A stretch of 64,000 nucleotides of DNA, from NCBI GenBank assembly GCA_041655935.1, contig JBBAEK010000002.1:5548-69547 (forward strand). The letters are read 5' to 3'. How positions within the stretch are numbered: position 1 is the first letter of the stretch; each line of letters begins with the position of its first letter. Source of the DNA: Eubacteriales bacterium. Lineage in GTDB: Bacteria > Bacillota > Clostridia > Oscillospirales > CAG-272. Both the position numbers and the translations under genes were made by a program. The notes beneath the pieces were generated by a model that saw nothing but the letters and a program-made list of their open reading frames with translations, ran no database searches and was not told where the DNA came from. This document shows, one piece after another, positions 10,476 through 19,052 of the stretch.

Positions 10476-11681
10476 TCACACGGGGTGGACGGTTTGGGCA
10501 ATGGCGTCTGCCAACTGCTCCAGCTCCTCTGCCTGCCCGTCTTTCAGCGCGGACAGCAGGGTGAGCGTGCGGTCCAGCAGCGTGATATTTTTCATGCCGC
10601 CAAGCAGCTCTCGCATCAGCTTGCCTGCCATCGGTACCCAAGAGCCGTTTTCAATGAGTGCGACGGTGCGGTTTTGCAGGTTGTGCGCCGCCAAATCACG
10701 CAACACCTCCTCCATGCTGACGAAAATACCGGCATTATAAGTCGTACTGGCAAAGACCAGGTGGCTATGGTAAAAGGCTGCGGCCACAATATCGGAGGCG
10801 GCCTTTACGGATACATCAAACATTTGCGTAGCGATCCCGCGCTCACGCAGACGGCACGCCAAAATTTCCGCGGCATTCTCGGTATGGCCGTAGACCGACG
10901 CATAGGCGATCATCACCCCTGCCGCCTCGGGCGTGTAAGTACTCCACCGCCGGTACTTCTCCACATAGTAGCCGATGTTCTCCCGCCAGACAAAGCCGTG
11001 CAGCGGGCAGAGCAGGCGCACATCCAGCGCTCCAATTTTCCGCAACAACGCCTGTACCTGCGGCCCGTACTTGCCGCAGATATTGGCATAGTACCGCCGT
11101 GCCTCGGAGAGATAGTCCCGTTCAAAGTCCACCTCGTCTGCGAACAACGCGCCGTTCAGCGCCCCGAACACCCCGAACGCATCGGCCGAAAACAGGATGC
11201 CGTCGGTGCTGTCATAGCTCACCATGACTTCCGGCCAGTGCACCATGGGCGCCATCATAAATGTAAAGTGATGTTTACCAGAGGAAAAGGACTCCCCCTC
11301 TTTGACCAGCCTGCATCGCGCTTGCAGTTCCGTGCCGAAAAACTGCCCGATCATAGCAGAGGTCTTGGCATTGCAGATGATGGTGACTTGCGGGTAGCGC
11401 AGCACCAGCTCGGCCAAACAGGCCGAATGGTCGGGTTCCATATGGTGGACCATCAGAAAATCCAGCGTCCTGCCGCCCAGTGTGTGGGCAAGGTTTTCAA
11501 AAAAGATCGGCCCCGTCACCTGGTCTACCGTGTCAAACAACACGGTTTTCTCGTCCAGCAGCAGGTAGGCATTGTAGGATACCCCGTCAGGCACCGAGTA
11601 AATGCCCTCGAACATGGCGAGGCGGCGGTCATTGGTACCCACCCAGACGAGGTCGTCTGTGACTTTTCTTGTGCAGTGCAT
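10476..11681 (-). CDS. flavodiiron protein FprA (metallo-beta-lactamase-like diiron domain + flavodoxin domain; O2/NO reductase)
   Basis: VTDDLVWVGTNDRRLAMFEG ... HMEPDHS diiron motif, C-terminal flavodoxin-like domain. 401 aa. Confidence 0.9.
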   Translation of the reverse strand: MHCTRKVTDDLVWVGTNDRRLAMFEGIYSVPDGVSYNAYLLLDEKTVLFDTVDQVTGPIFFENLAHTLGGRTLDFLMVHHMEPDHSACLAELVLRYPQVTIICNAKTSAMIGQFFGTELQARCRLVKEGESFSSGKHHFTFMMAPMVHWPEVMVSYDSTDGILFSADAFGVFGALNGALFADEVDFERDYLSEARRYYANICGKYGPQVQALLRKIGALDVRLLCPLHGFVWRENIGYYVEKYRRWSTYTPEAAGVMIAYASVYGHTENAAEILACRLRERGIATQMFDVSVKAASDIVAAAFYHSHLVFASTTYNAGIFVSMEEVLRDLAAHNLQNRTVALIENGSWVPMAGKLMRELLGGMKNITLLDRTLTLLSALKDGQAEELEQLADAIAQTVHPV

Positions 11682-11721
11682 GAAACGGCGGCTCCTTTAC
11701 AGCCAATGGCCCGCGACAAAA

Positions 11722-11736
11722 CACGAAATGTTCGTG
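11722..11736. promoter_or_regulatory. 6-3-6 palindrome CACGAA-ATG-TTCGTG in the fprA upstream/leader region (candidate operator or RNA hairpin)
   Basis: Perfect inverted repeat read directly from the sequence, 41-55 nt upstream of the fprA ATG. Confidence 0.35.
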
Positions 11737-11756
11737 CGAAAAATCGCGAAAAACCA

Positions 11757-11785
11757 TTGCTTTGTTTCGCTCATTATACTATAAT
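11757..11785 (+). promoter_or_regulatory. promoter of the Crp/Fnr gene (TTGCTT-17-TATAAT), overlapping a minus-strand TATAAT (11778..11773) for fprA
   Basis: TTGCTT 11757-11762, TATAAT 11780-11785. The sequence ATTATACTATAAT holds a -10 hexamer on each strand. Confidence 0.5.
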
Positions 11786-11799
11786 GAAAACAAAAAGTC

Positions 11800-11815
11800 G
11801 GTTGTTTTAACAACG
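11800..11815. promoter_or_regulatory. GTTG-N6-CAAC palindrome (gGTTGTTTTAACAACg) between the promoter and RBS of the Crp/Fnr gene
   Basis: Same core and spacing as the palindrome upstream of the hcp operon (44706-44721). Confidence 0.4.
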
Positions 11816-11827
11816 AAAGGCGTCGCT

Positions 11828-12493
11828 GTGATAGAAATTTTACAAAAATCCCCTCTTTTCGAGGGGCTGAGCGGTGAGGAAGTGGGACAGCTGACCGCTT
11901 GTCTGGGCATTTCCATGGGCACCTTCGGCCGGGGCAAAACCATCACGCGTCAGTCCGCCGCCAAAAGGGAAGCGGGCGTGGTACTGAGCGGGCAGGTGCT
12001 GGTGGTTCAGGAGGATTTTTGGGGGCACGAAACCATTGTCAGCGTCTGTCAGCCCGGTCAGCTTTTTTGGTTGACCGGGCAGGGCGGGCACGAACAGTTC
12101 GCCGTCACCCACACCCCCTGTCAGGTGATGTTTGTGGATGTGACAGCCATCCTGCTCCCTTGTCAGCGAAACTGTCACTACCACCGCCGTTTGGTGAGCA
12201 ATCTTTTCGAGCTGGCGGTCATCCATAACCGCGACCTGATGGTGAAAATCACTCACCTCACCAAGCGAACCCTGCGGGAGAAACTGCTGTCCTATCTATC
12301 CGAACAGGCAGAACGGCAAAACAGCGACTCCTTTGACATCCCCCTGAATCGTCAGCAGCTCGCCAACTATTTGGCGGTGGATCGCTCCGCCCTGTCCAAT
12401 CAGTTGTGCAAAATGCGGGACGAGGGGTGGCTGACTTTCCACAAGAACCACTTCACCCTGCACCGTCCGTGCCCCCACCACCCCGCACCCTGA
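11828..12493 (+). CDS. Crp/Fnr family transcriptional regulator
   Basis: cNMP-binding-like fold (LQKSPLFEGLSGEEVGQL) and C-terminal HTH (RQQLANYLAVDRSALSNQLCKMRDEGWL). GTG 11828 follows GAAAGG. The track start 11762 is a TTG sitting inside the promoter. Confidence 0.8.
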   Translation: MIEILQKSPLFEGLSGEEVGQLTACLGISMGTFGRGKTITRQSAAKREAGVVLSGQVLVVQEDFWGHETIVSVCQPGQLFWLTGQGGHEQFAVTHTPCQVMFVDVTAILLPCQRNCHYHRRLVSNLFELAVIHNRDLMVKITHLTKRTLREKLLSYLSEQAERQNSDSFDIPLNRQQLANYLAVDRSALSNQLCKMRDEGWLTFHKNHFTLHRPCPHHPAP

Positions 12494-12545
12494 CTCCCAC
12501 GAGGGGGTACCCACAACCGCACCGCAAGCGGTGCGTGAGAAGTCC

Positions 12546-12574
12546 TTGCTTTGGAGCGCGCAATGTGCTACAAT
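12546..12574 (+). promoter_or_regulatory. promoter for uxaC (TTGCTT-17-TACAAT with TGc)
   Basis: TTGCTT 12546-12551, TACAAT 12569-12574. Confidence 0.5.
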
Positions 12575-12669
12575 GAACTATGTACGACCGGCCCCCTGTC
12601 GGGAGCCCCTGCTTTGGCAGATCTTTGTCCGGGCAGACCAAACTTTGAAAGGACCATGAGGGTAAACTG

Positions 12670-14097
12670 ATGAAAGCATTTTTAGGAGAAGATTTTTTGC
12701 TGCAGACCCGCACCGCCGGCATTCTGTACCGGGACTATGCCAGCCGGATGCCCCTCTACGATTTTCACTGCCATCTCAGCCCGAAGGAGATTTACGAGGA
12801 CAAACCGTACACCAGCCTCACCGAGGCATGGCTTGCCACCGACCATTACAAGTGGCGGCTGTTGCGTGAGATGGGGGTCTCTGAGGACTATATCACCGGC
12901 GGGCGGACAGCCAAAGAAAAGTTTTTGAAATTCGCCGAGATGATGCCCTATGCCTTGGGCAACCCGATGTATCACTGGACCCACCTCGAGCTGCGCCGCT
13001 TTTTCGGCATTGATTTACAGCTCAACCCCGACAATGCCGAGACCATTTGGGAGAGGGCAAATGCTCAGTTACCCACCCTGACCCCCCGTCAAATTCTGCT
13101 CAGAAGCCATGTTCACACCCTGAACACGACCGATGACCCCACCGACGAGCTGACCTACCACCGCCTGTTGGCGGCAGACGCCTCCTTCCCGGTACGGGTG
13201 CGTCCCACCTTCCGCCCCGACAAACTGCTTGCCATCGACCGCCCCACCTTCGCTCCCTGGATAGCGAAATTGCAAGAACTCACCCACGTCTCCATCCGCA
13301 CTTTGGCAGACTTTGAACATGCCCTGGAGCAACGCCTTGCCTACTTTGCCGAGCAGGGCTGCCTGTGTGCCGACCACAGCCTGGAGGAAGTGGCGTACCT
13401 GGAAACCGACCGCGCCGAGGCCGACCGTATTTTGCAAAAGACGCTGGCCGGCATCCCGCCGACACCGCAGGAGGTCATTGCCTACAAAACCTACCTGCTC
13501 CGTTTCTTGGGACAGGCGTACCACGCCCGTGGCTGGGTGCAGCAGTACCATATCGGTGCCATGCGCAATGTCTCCAGCCGCTGCTTTGCCGCTTTGGGGC
13601 CGGACAGCGGCTATGACTGTATCAGCGACCGGCACTTTGCCCCCGAGCTTTCGCAGTTGCTGGATGCTTTGGACCGCACCGACCAGCTACCCAAAACCAT
13701 TCTGTACTGTCTCAACCCCGGTGCCAATGAGATTCTCGCCGCCCTGAAAAACGGCTTTTCCGCGCCGGGAGTGGCCGCCAAAGTGCAGTTTGGCAGCGCC
13801 TGGTGGTTCAACGACCAAAAGGACGGGATCGAAAGACAGTTAGAGGCGCTGGCTCAAATGGGCCTGCTCTCTCGCTTTGTCGGGATGCTCACCGACTCGC
13901 GCAGCCTGCTGTCCTATGTGCGCCATGAGTATTTCCGCCGCATCCTGTGCAACAAAGTCGGCCGCTTGCTGGAGGAGGGGGAGTACCCCTATGACCTGCC
14001 GTTTGTCGGACAAATTATCGAGGACATTTGCTTCAACAACGCCTTCCGTTACTTTGAATGCACACCAAAGTTGACAAAAGAAGAGGAGAAGATCTGA
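12670..14097 (+). CDS. uxaC: glucuronate isomerase
   Basis: MKAFLGEDFLLQTRTAGILYRDYASRMPLYDFHCHLSPKEI is a typical UxaC N-terminus. 475 aa. Confidence 0.95.
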   Translation: MKAFLGEDFLLQTRTAGILYRDYASRMPLYDFHCHLSPKEIYEDKPYTSLTEAWLATDHYKWRLLREMGVSEDYITGGRTAKEKFLKFAEMMPYALGNPMYHWTHLELRRFFGIDLQLNPDNAETIWERANAQLPTLTPRQILLRSHVHTLNTTDDPTDELTYHRLLAADASFPVRVRPTFRPDKLLAIDRPTFAPWIAKLQELTHVSIRTLADFEHALEQRLAYFAEQGCLCADHSLEEVAYLETDRAEADRILQKTLAGIPPTPQEVIAYKTYLLRFLGQAYHARGWVQQYHIGAMRNVSSRCFAALGPDSGYDCISDRHFAPELSQLLDALDRTDQLPKTILYCLNPGANEILAALKNGFSAPGVAAKVQFGSAWWFNDQKDGIERQLEALAQMGLLSRFVGMLTDSRSLLSYVRHEYFRRILCNKVGRLLEEGEYPYDLPFVGQIIEDICFNNAFRYFECTPKLTKEEEKI

Positions 14098-14939
14098 TGA
14101 AACACCTTGACCTCACCAATAAAACCGTGGTAATCACCGGGGGTGCGGGCGTCCTTTGCAGCGAGTTTTCCCGTGCGGTGAGCGCTTGCGGCGCCAAAAC
14201 GGCGATTTTGGGGCTACACGTAGAGAAGGCCGCCCGTCTTGCCGCCCGGATACAGGCAGAGGGGGGGATTGCCCGGGGCTTTGCCGTGGATGTGACGGAT
14301 AAGGACAGTGTGATTGCCGCTCACCGGGCAGTGACCGAAGCTTTCGGCCCCTGTGACATTCTCATCAACGGTGCGGGCGGCAACCAGCCCGGCGCCACCT
14401 GTGACGACGAGTTTTTCAGTCGTGAGCTGTACGGCAAGGAAGGGCACCGGAGCTTCTTTGACCTGGAGCCCGAGGGGATCAGTTCCGTGTTCGGTCTCAA
14501 CATGATGGGCACCCTGTTGCCCACCCAGGTATTTGCCCGCGACTTCATCGACCGTCCCGGCGGGGTGATTGTCAACATCAGCTCCATGAACGCCTTTACC
14601 CCCCTCACCAAAATTCCCGCTTACAGTGCCGCCAAAGCCGCCGTCTCCAACTTTACCCGTTGGCTGGCTGTCCATTTCGCCAAAAGCGGCGTGCGGGTCA
14701 ACGCCATTGCCCCCGGCTTTTTCTCCAGCGAACAGAACAAGACCCTGCTTTGGCAGCCCGACGGTACCCCCACCCCGCGGGCGAACAAGATTTTGACGCA
14801 CACCCCCCTGGGGCGTTTTGGCGAGGCAAAGGAGCTGGTCGGCACCCTGCTGTGGCTGATAGACAATGACGCGGCGTCTTTTGTCACCGGCATCGTGGTG
14901 CCGGTAGACGGCGGTTTTTCCGCCTATGCGGGTGTGTAA
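14097..14939 (+). CDS. SDR family oxidoreductase (UxuB-like; probable hexuronate-pathway reductase)
   Basis: TGGAGVLC Rossmann motif, NISS, YSAAK catalytic motif. The ATG overlaps the uxaC stop (TGATG). Confidence 0.85.
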   Translation: MKHLDLTNKTVVITGGAGVLCSEFSRAVSACGAKTAILGLHVEKAARLAARIQAEGGIARGFAVDVTDKDSVIAAHRAVTEAFGPCDILINGAGGNQPGATCDDEFFSRELYGKEGHRSFFDLEPEGISSVFGLNMMGTLLPTQVFARDFIDRPGGVIVNISSMNAFTPLTKIPAYSAAKAAVSNFTRWLAVHFAKSGVRVNAIAPGFFSSEQNKTLLWQPDGTPTPRANKILTHTPLGRFGEAKELVGTLLWLIDNDAASFVTGIVVPVDGGFSAYAGV

Positions 14940-14989
14940 CCGCCCCAAGGCCGCCACTCGTCAAAACCAACGGGAGACAAAACAAAGAG

Positions 14990-15763
14990 ATGAAGTTGCC
15001 AGCGCTCAAGCATGAAAAGATCGGACGCAAAACCATGAAGGCTACCTATATGCTCAAATCGGAGGGCCGCCGCATTTCGGTCGAGGTGCTTTTTAAGCCG
15101 GTCAAGACCACCCGTCTGCGTGTTTTCCCGGACGGGCGGGTCAGTCTGACCGTGCCCACCCACGCCCCCGAACGCTGGGTGTGGGATGTGCTGGAACAAA
15201 AATCCGCGTGGATTGCCCGGAAGGTCGCGCTGGCCGAGCAACAGCGGACCGGCACAGCCGAGCTTGTCCGCGCGAGCGGGATTGTCGTCATTTTAGGGAC
15301 CCCGCTGCGCATAGAGCTCTCTCATGCCCGCCCCAAGCGCGTGTGGGTGGGCAACGGCGACGGCAAACTCTATCTCCAGTCCCCCAAGGCGGAGGACTCC
15401 GCCGCGCTGGAGAGGCAGCTCGACGCCTGGTGGAAAAAAACCGCCGCACTCTATTTCACCCAGCTGATCAAGCAGTGGTACCCCCTTTTGGGCAGGGAGG
15501 AGCAGCTCCCCGCCCCGCAAATTTCCGTGAAGAAAATGCGTACCCGCTGGGGGAGCTGTAATTGGCAGAAAAATAAAATCAACCTGAATTATTACCTGTT
15601 CAGGGCGACTCCCGCCTGTGTGGAATTTGTTATCCTGCATGAATTGGCGCACCTGCGCTACCCCAAGCACGACAAGGACTTTTACGCCTTCCTTGACCGG
15701 CAAATGCCCGACTGGAAAACCCGCAAAACCACCCTGGACCGCGATTACACCACCGCCTTGTGA
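14990..15763 (+). CDS. M48-like metal-dependent hydrolase (YgjP/DUF45 family)
   Basis: RWGSC ... ILHELAHLRYPKHDKDF zinc-binding motif near the C-terminus. Confidence 0.8.
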   Translation: MKLPALKHEKIGRKTMKATYMLKSEGRRISVEVLFKPVKTTRLRVFPDGRVSLTVPTHAPERWVWDVLEQKSAWIARKVALAEQQRTGTAELVRASGIVVILGTPLRIELSHARPKRVWVGNGDGKLYLQSPKAEDSAALERQLDAWWKKTAALYFTQLIKQWYPLLGREEQLPAPQISVKKMRTRWGSCNWQKNKINLNYYLFRATPACVEFVILHELAHLRYPKHDKDFYAFLDRQMPDWKTRKTTLDRDYTTAL

Positions 15764-15912
15764 GCCCGGCGCGGTGTGCGCTCAGCCCGGCCGGAGTTGC
15801 CCCCCGCCCAAAGATCAGCCGTCCCGGCCTGCACGCACACGGGAAGCTGCCCCCCGCCCGGCACTGCTTACGGGAGGGCGGCCACCTGTTTTCCCTTTTT
15901 TGAAAATTCACA

Positions 15913-15941
15913 TTGACAAACCCAAAAGAATATGCTAACAT
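15913..15941 (+). promoter_or_regulatory. promoter of the lysine-riboswitch operon (TTGACA-17-TAACAT)
   Basis: TTGACA 15913-15918, TAACAT 15936-15941 preceded by TGC. Confidence 0.55.
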
Positions 15942-15950
15942 TAAGAAAAT

Positions 15951-16171
15951 GATAGAGGCGCACCTCGTAAAGAGTAAAGACGTGCATAAACCCCGCAGGG
16001 TCTTGCGTTTTTGAAAGGTACGGGTGCCGAAGACAACCAATGCGTACGGTTGATCTGGCAACACAGAGAACATCTGTTTTGCTGTCGCACGATTTGCGGA
16101 GAGCTATCTTTACAGGGCGGGCAGCCTTTTGCCGGCCGGTGTATGGATAGCCGTCAGACGGCTATTTTTTT
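15951..16171 (+). promoter_or_regulatory. lysine riboswitch (L-box) with intrinsic terminator expression platform
   Basis: All L-box landmarks are present: AGAGGCGC (15954-15961), AGTA, GAAAGG, GGTGCCGAAG, CTGTC, GGAGAGCTATCT (16098-16109). P1 pairs GATAG with CTATC. Terminator is ATAGCCG-TCAGA-CGGCTAT plus T8 (16146-16171). GCTATC of P1 can alternatively pair with GATAGC of the terminator. Confidence 0.9.
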
Positions 16172-16261
16172 ACCGCTTCATGCCCCGGGCATACGGTACC
16201 AAAACAGTCGGACCGCGTCGTGCGGATCCGGCTGTTTTTGACTGATAGGGAGGAAAGCATC

Positions 16262-17149
16262 ATGAAGAATACTGTTTTTAAGGGCGTTGGCACGGCGCTG
16301 ATTACCCCTTTGACCCCAAGCGGCGTGGACTATGTGAAGTTTGCGGCGCTGATGGAGTGGCAGATTGCGCAGGGGGTACAGGCGCTGGTCATTTGTGGGA
16401 CGACCGGGGAGTGCTCCACCCTCACCGATGCGGAACATAGGGAAGTGCTCGCCTTTGCCGTCCGTCAGGTCAGGGGGCGTGTGCCCGTCATTGCCGGCAC
16501 CGGCTCTAATGACATTGCCTATGCCATTGACCTCACCCGTTACGCCAACGACATCGGCGCCGACGCCATGCTGGTGGTCGCCCCCTACTATAACAAGGCG
16601 ACCCAGGCTGGTCTGATTGCTTCTTTCACCGCCATTGCCGACGCCAGCGCCAAGCCCCTCATTTTGTACAATGTTCCCTCGCGCACCGGCTGCAACATCC
16701 TGCCCAAAACAGTGCTCGCGTTGGCTGAGCACCCCCATATTGTCGGCATCAAGGAAGCCAGCGGCAACATTTCGCAAATGGTGGAGTTGGCCTCCCTGGT
16801 CCGCGGGAAAATGGATATTTATTCGGGCAACGATGACCAGATCGTCCCCCTGCTTGCCCTGGGCGGCATGGGCGTGATTTCGGTGCTTTCCAATGTGATG
16901 CCTCGGGAAACCGTGCAACTGTGCGAGCTGTTTTTTAACGGCGATATCGCCGGCAGCGCCAAGATGCAGCTTGACCTGCTCCCCCTGATCGAAGCACTGT
17001 TCAGCGAGGTCAACCCCATCCCGGTGAAGGCCGCCATGGCAGCCATGAATTTCTGCCAAAACATCGTTCGACTGCCCCTAACCCCCCTGGAAGCGGCGCA
17101 CGAACAGCACCTGCTCGAGATCATGAGACAGCATGGCCTATCGGTTTGA
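16262..17149 (+). CDS. dapA: 4-hydroxy-tetrahydrodipicolinate synthase
   Basis: FKGVGTALITPL ... GTTGE ... YNVPSRTG ... KEASG motifs. GGGAGGAAAG RBS before ATG 16262. Confidence 0.95.
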   Translation: MKNTVFKGVGTALITPLTPSGVDYVKFAALMEWQIAQGVQALVICGTTGECSTLTDAEHREVLAFAVRQVRGRVPVIAGTGSNDIAYAIDLTRYANDIGADAMLVVAPYYNKATQAGLIASFTAIADASAKPLILYNVPSRTGCNILPKTVLALAEHPHIVGIKEASGNISQMVELASLVRGKMDIYSGNDDQIVPLLALGGMGVISVLSNVMPRETVQLCELFFNGDIAGSAKMQLDLLPLIEALFSEVNPIPVKAAMAAMNFCQNIVRLPLTPLEAAHEQHLLEIMRQHGLSV

Positions 17150-17258
17150 CCGGGCTGCAAGGGCTTACCGGTGCACGCACACCGCCAAAGCGGCGGCACC
17201 TCAGGCCGATACCACTGAGGGGATGCACCCATCCCCGTATGAAGTAAGGAAGTAGAAG

Positions 17259-18005
17259 ATGAAAATTATCATTAACGGCGCCGGCGGACGCATGGGACAA
17301 GAGCTGGCCGCTTTCGCCCAACACAGCTATTCCGGCACCATTGTGGTGGCGGGTGTGGACAAACAGCCCGTCCCCTCCGCCGCTTTCCCCTGCTACACCG
17401 GTTGGGAGAGCGTGACAGAGACAGCCGACTGTATCGTGGATTTTTCGTTTCACACCGCCACCTCCGCCCTGCTGGCGTACGCCCTCTCGCACAAGCTCCC
17501 GGCGGTCATTGCCACCACGGGGCATACCCCGTCCGAGCTTGCGGAAATCAAGGAAGCCGCGCGAGCCATCCCCATTTTCCAGTCAGCCAATATGTCGCTG
17601 GGCATTGCCCTGCTGGCAGAGCTGGCAAAGACGGCGGCAAAGACCATGGCGGGCGCCAATATTGAGATCATCGAGCGCCACCACAACCGAAAGGAAGACG
17701 CCCCCAGCGGCACCGCCCTGTTGCTGTATCATGCGATCAAAGAGGTGCGCCCCGATGCCACAGCGGTGTACGGCAGGTACGGGCATACACAGCGCAGCGA
17801 CGACGAGATCGGCATTCACGCGATCCGTATGGGCAACCTGGTCGGGGAGCATGAGGTAATTGTCGGCACCGACACCCAGACCATCACCCTCAGCCACCAG
17901 GCGCACACCCGGGCGCTCTTTGCCGAGGGGGCCATCGCCGCCGCCAACTTTTTGATGACCCAGCCCGCCGGCTACTACACCATGCATGATATGATCAGAA
18001 ACTAA
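17259..18005 (+). CDS. dapB: 4-hydroxy-tetrahydrodipicolinate reductase
   Basis: MKIIINGAGGRMG ... ERHHNRKEDAPSGTA signature. Confidence 0.95.
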   Translation: MKIIINGAGGRMGQELAAFAQHSYSGTIVVAGVDKQPVPSAAFPCYTGWESVTETADCIVDFSFHTATSALLAYALSHKLPAVIATTGHTPSELAEIKEAARAIPIFQSANMSLGIALLAELAKTAAKTMAGANIEIIERHHNRKEDAPSGTALLLYHAIKEVRPDATAVYGRYGHTQRSDDEIGIHAIRMGNLVGEHEVIVGTDTQTITLSHQAHTRALFAEGAIAAANFLMTQPAGYYTMHDMIRN

Positions 18006-18033
18006 AAAACAGGCACCGGAATAGGAGAGAACC

Positions 18034-19014
18034 ATGAAAATCGGCATTTACGGTTACGGCAATTTAGGCAAAGGCGTTGAGTGCGCCGTCAAACAAAACC
18101 CGGATATGGAGCTTGTCGCCGTCTTTACCCGGCGCAATCCGGCTGAACTTGCTATTTTAACCGAGGGCGTCCCCGTGATCGCCGCCGATGAGGTGCTTTC
18201 CATGAAGGGGCGGCTCGACGCTCTGATCATCTGCGGGGGCAGTGCGGTCGACCTGCCGGAGATGACCCCCGCGCTGGCACGGCATTTCAATGTGATTGAT
18301 AGCTTTGACACGCACGCCAACATTCCCACCCACTTTGCCGCAGTGGATGAGGCGGCCCGCGCAGGCGGTCACCTCGCCCTGATTTCGGTGGGGTGGGATC
18401 CGGGCATGTTTTCGCTCAACCGCCTGTATGCCGAGGCGATTTTGCCCGGCAGTACGGGCTACACCTTTTGGGGCAAGGGCATCAGCCAGGGTCACTCGGA
18501 CGCCATCCGCCGTCTCCCCGGCGTGGCGGATGCCCGGCAGTACACCATCCCGTCCGAAGCAGCGCTGGAGGCGGTGCGAAACGGCACCCGTCCCGCCCTC
18601 AGCACCCGGCAGAAGCACACCAGGGAGTGCTATGTCGTCCCCCGGGAAGGCGCGGACCTCGCCCGGATTGAAGAGGAGATTTGCACCATGCCCCATTACT
18701 TTGCGGAGTATGACACCACCGTGCACTTCATCACCGCCGAGCAGCTCAAACAGGCGCACAGCGGTATGCCGCACGGCGGCAGGGTGATTTACAGCGGAGC
18801 AACCGGTCGGCATGGCGAGCACCGGCACCTCATCGAGTACCACCTGCAACTTGACTCCAACCCGGAGTTTACCGCCAGCGTGCTGCTTGCCTTTGCCCGG
18901 GCTGCCCACCGGATGCATGCGCGCGGGGTCGTGGGGTGCAAGACGGTGTTTGACGTTGCCCCGGCCGACCTGTCCCCGCTGTCGGGCGACGAGTTGCGCG
19001 CCCGCTTCCTGTGA
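18034..19014 (+). CDS. ddh: meso-diaminopimelate D-dehydrogenase
   Basis: MKIGIYGYGNLGKGVE N-terminus and WDPGMFS ... GHSDA motifs typical of Ddh. 326 aa. Confidence 0.9.
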   Translation: MKIGIYGYGNLGKGVECAVKQNPDMELVAVFTRRNPAELAILTEGVPVIAADEVLSMKGRLDALIICGGSAVDLPEMTPALARHFNVIDSFDTHANIPTHFAAVDEAARAGGHLALISVGWDPGMFSLNRLYAEAILPGSTGYTFWGKGISQGHSDAIRRLPGVADARQYTIPSEAALEAVRNGTRPALSTRQKHTRECYVVPREGADLARIEEEICTMPHYFAEYDTTVHFITAEQLKQAHSGMPHGGRVIYSGATGRHGEHRHLIEYHLQLDSNPEFTASVLLAFARAAHRMHARGVVGCKTVFDVAPADLSPLSGDELRARFL

Positions 19015-19052
19015 CCCCCGCCACCGAAAGAAAAAAAAGAGAGCTGCAAGTT

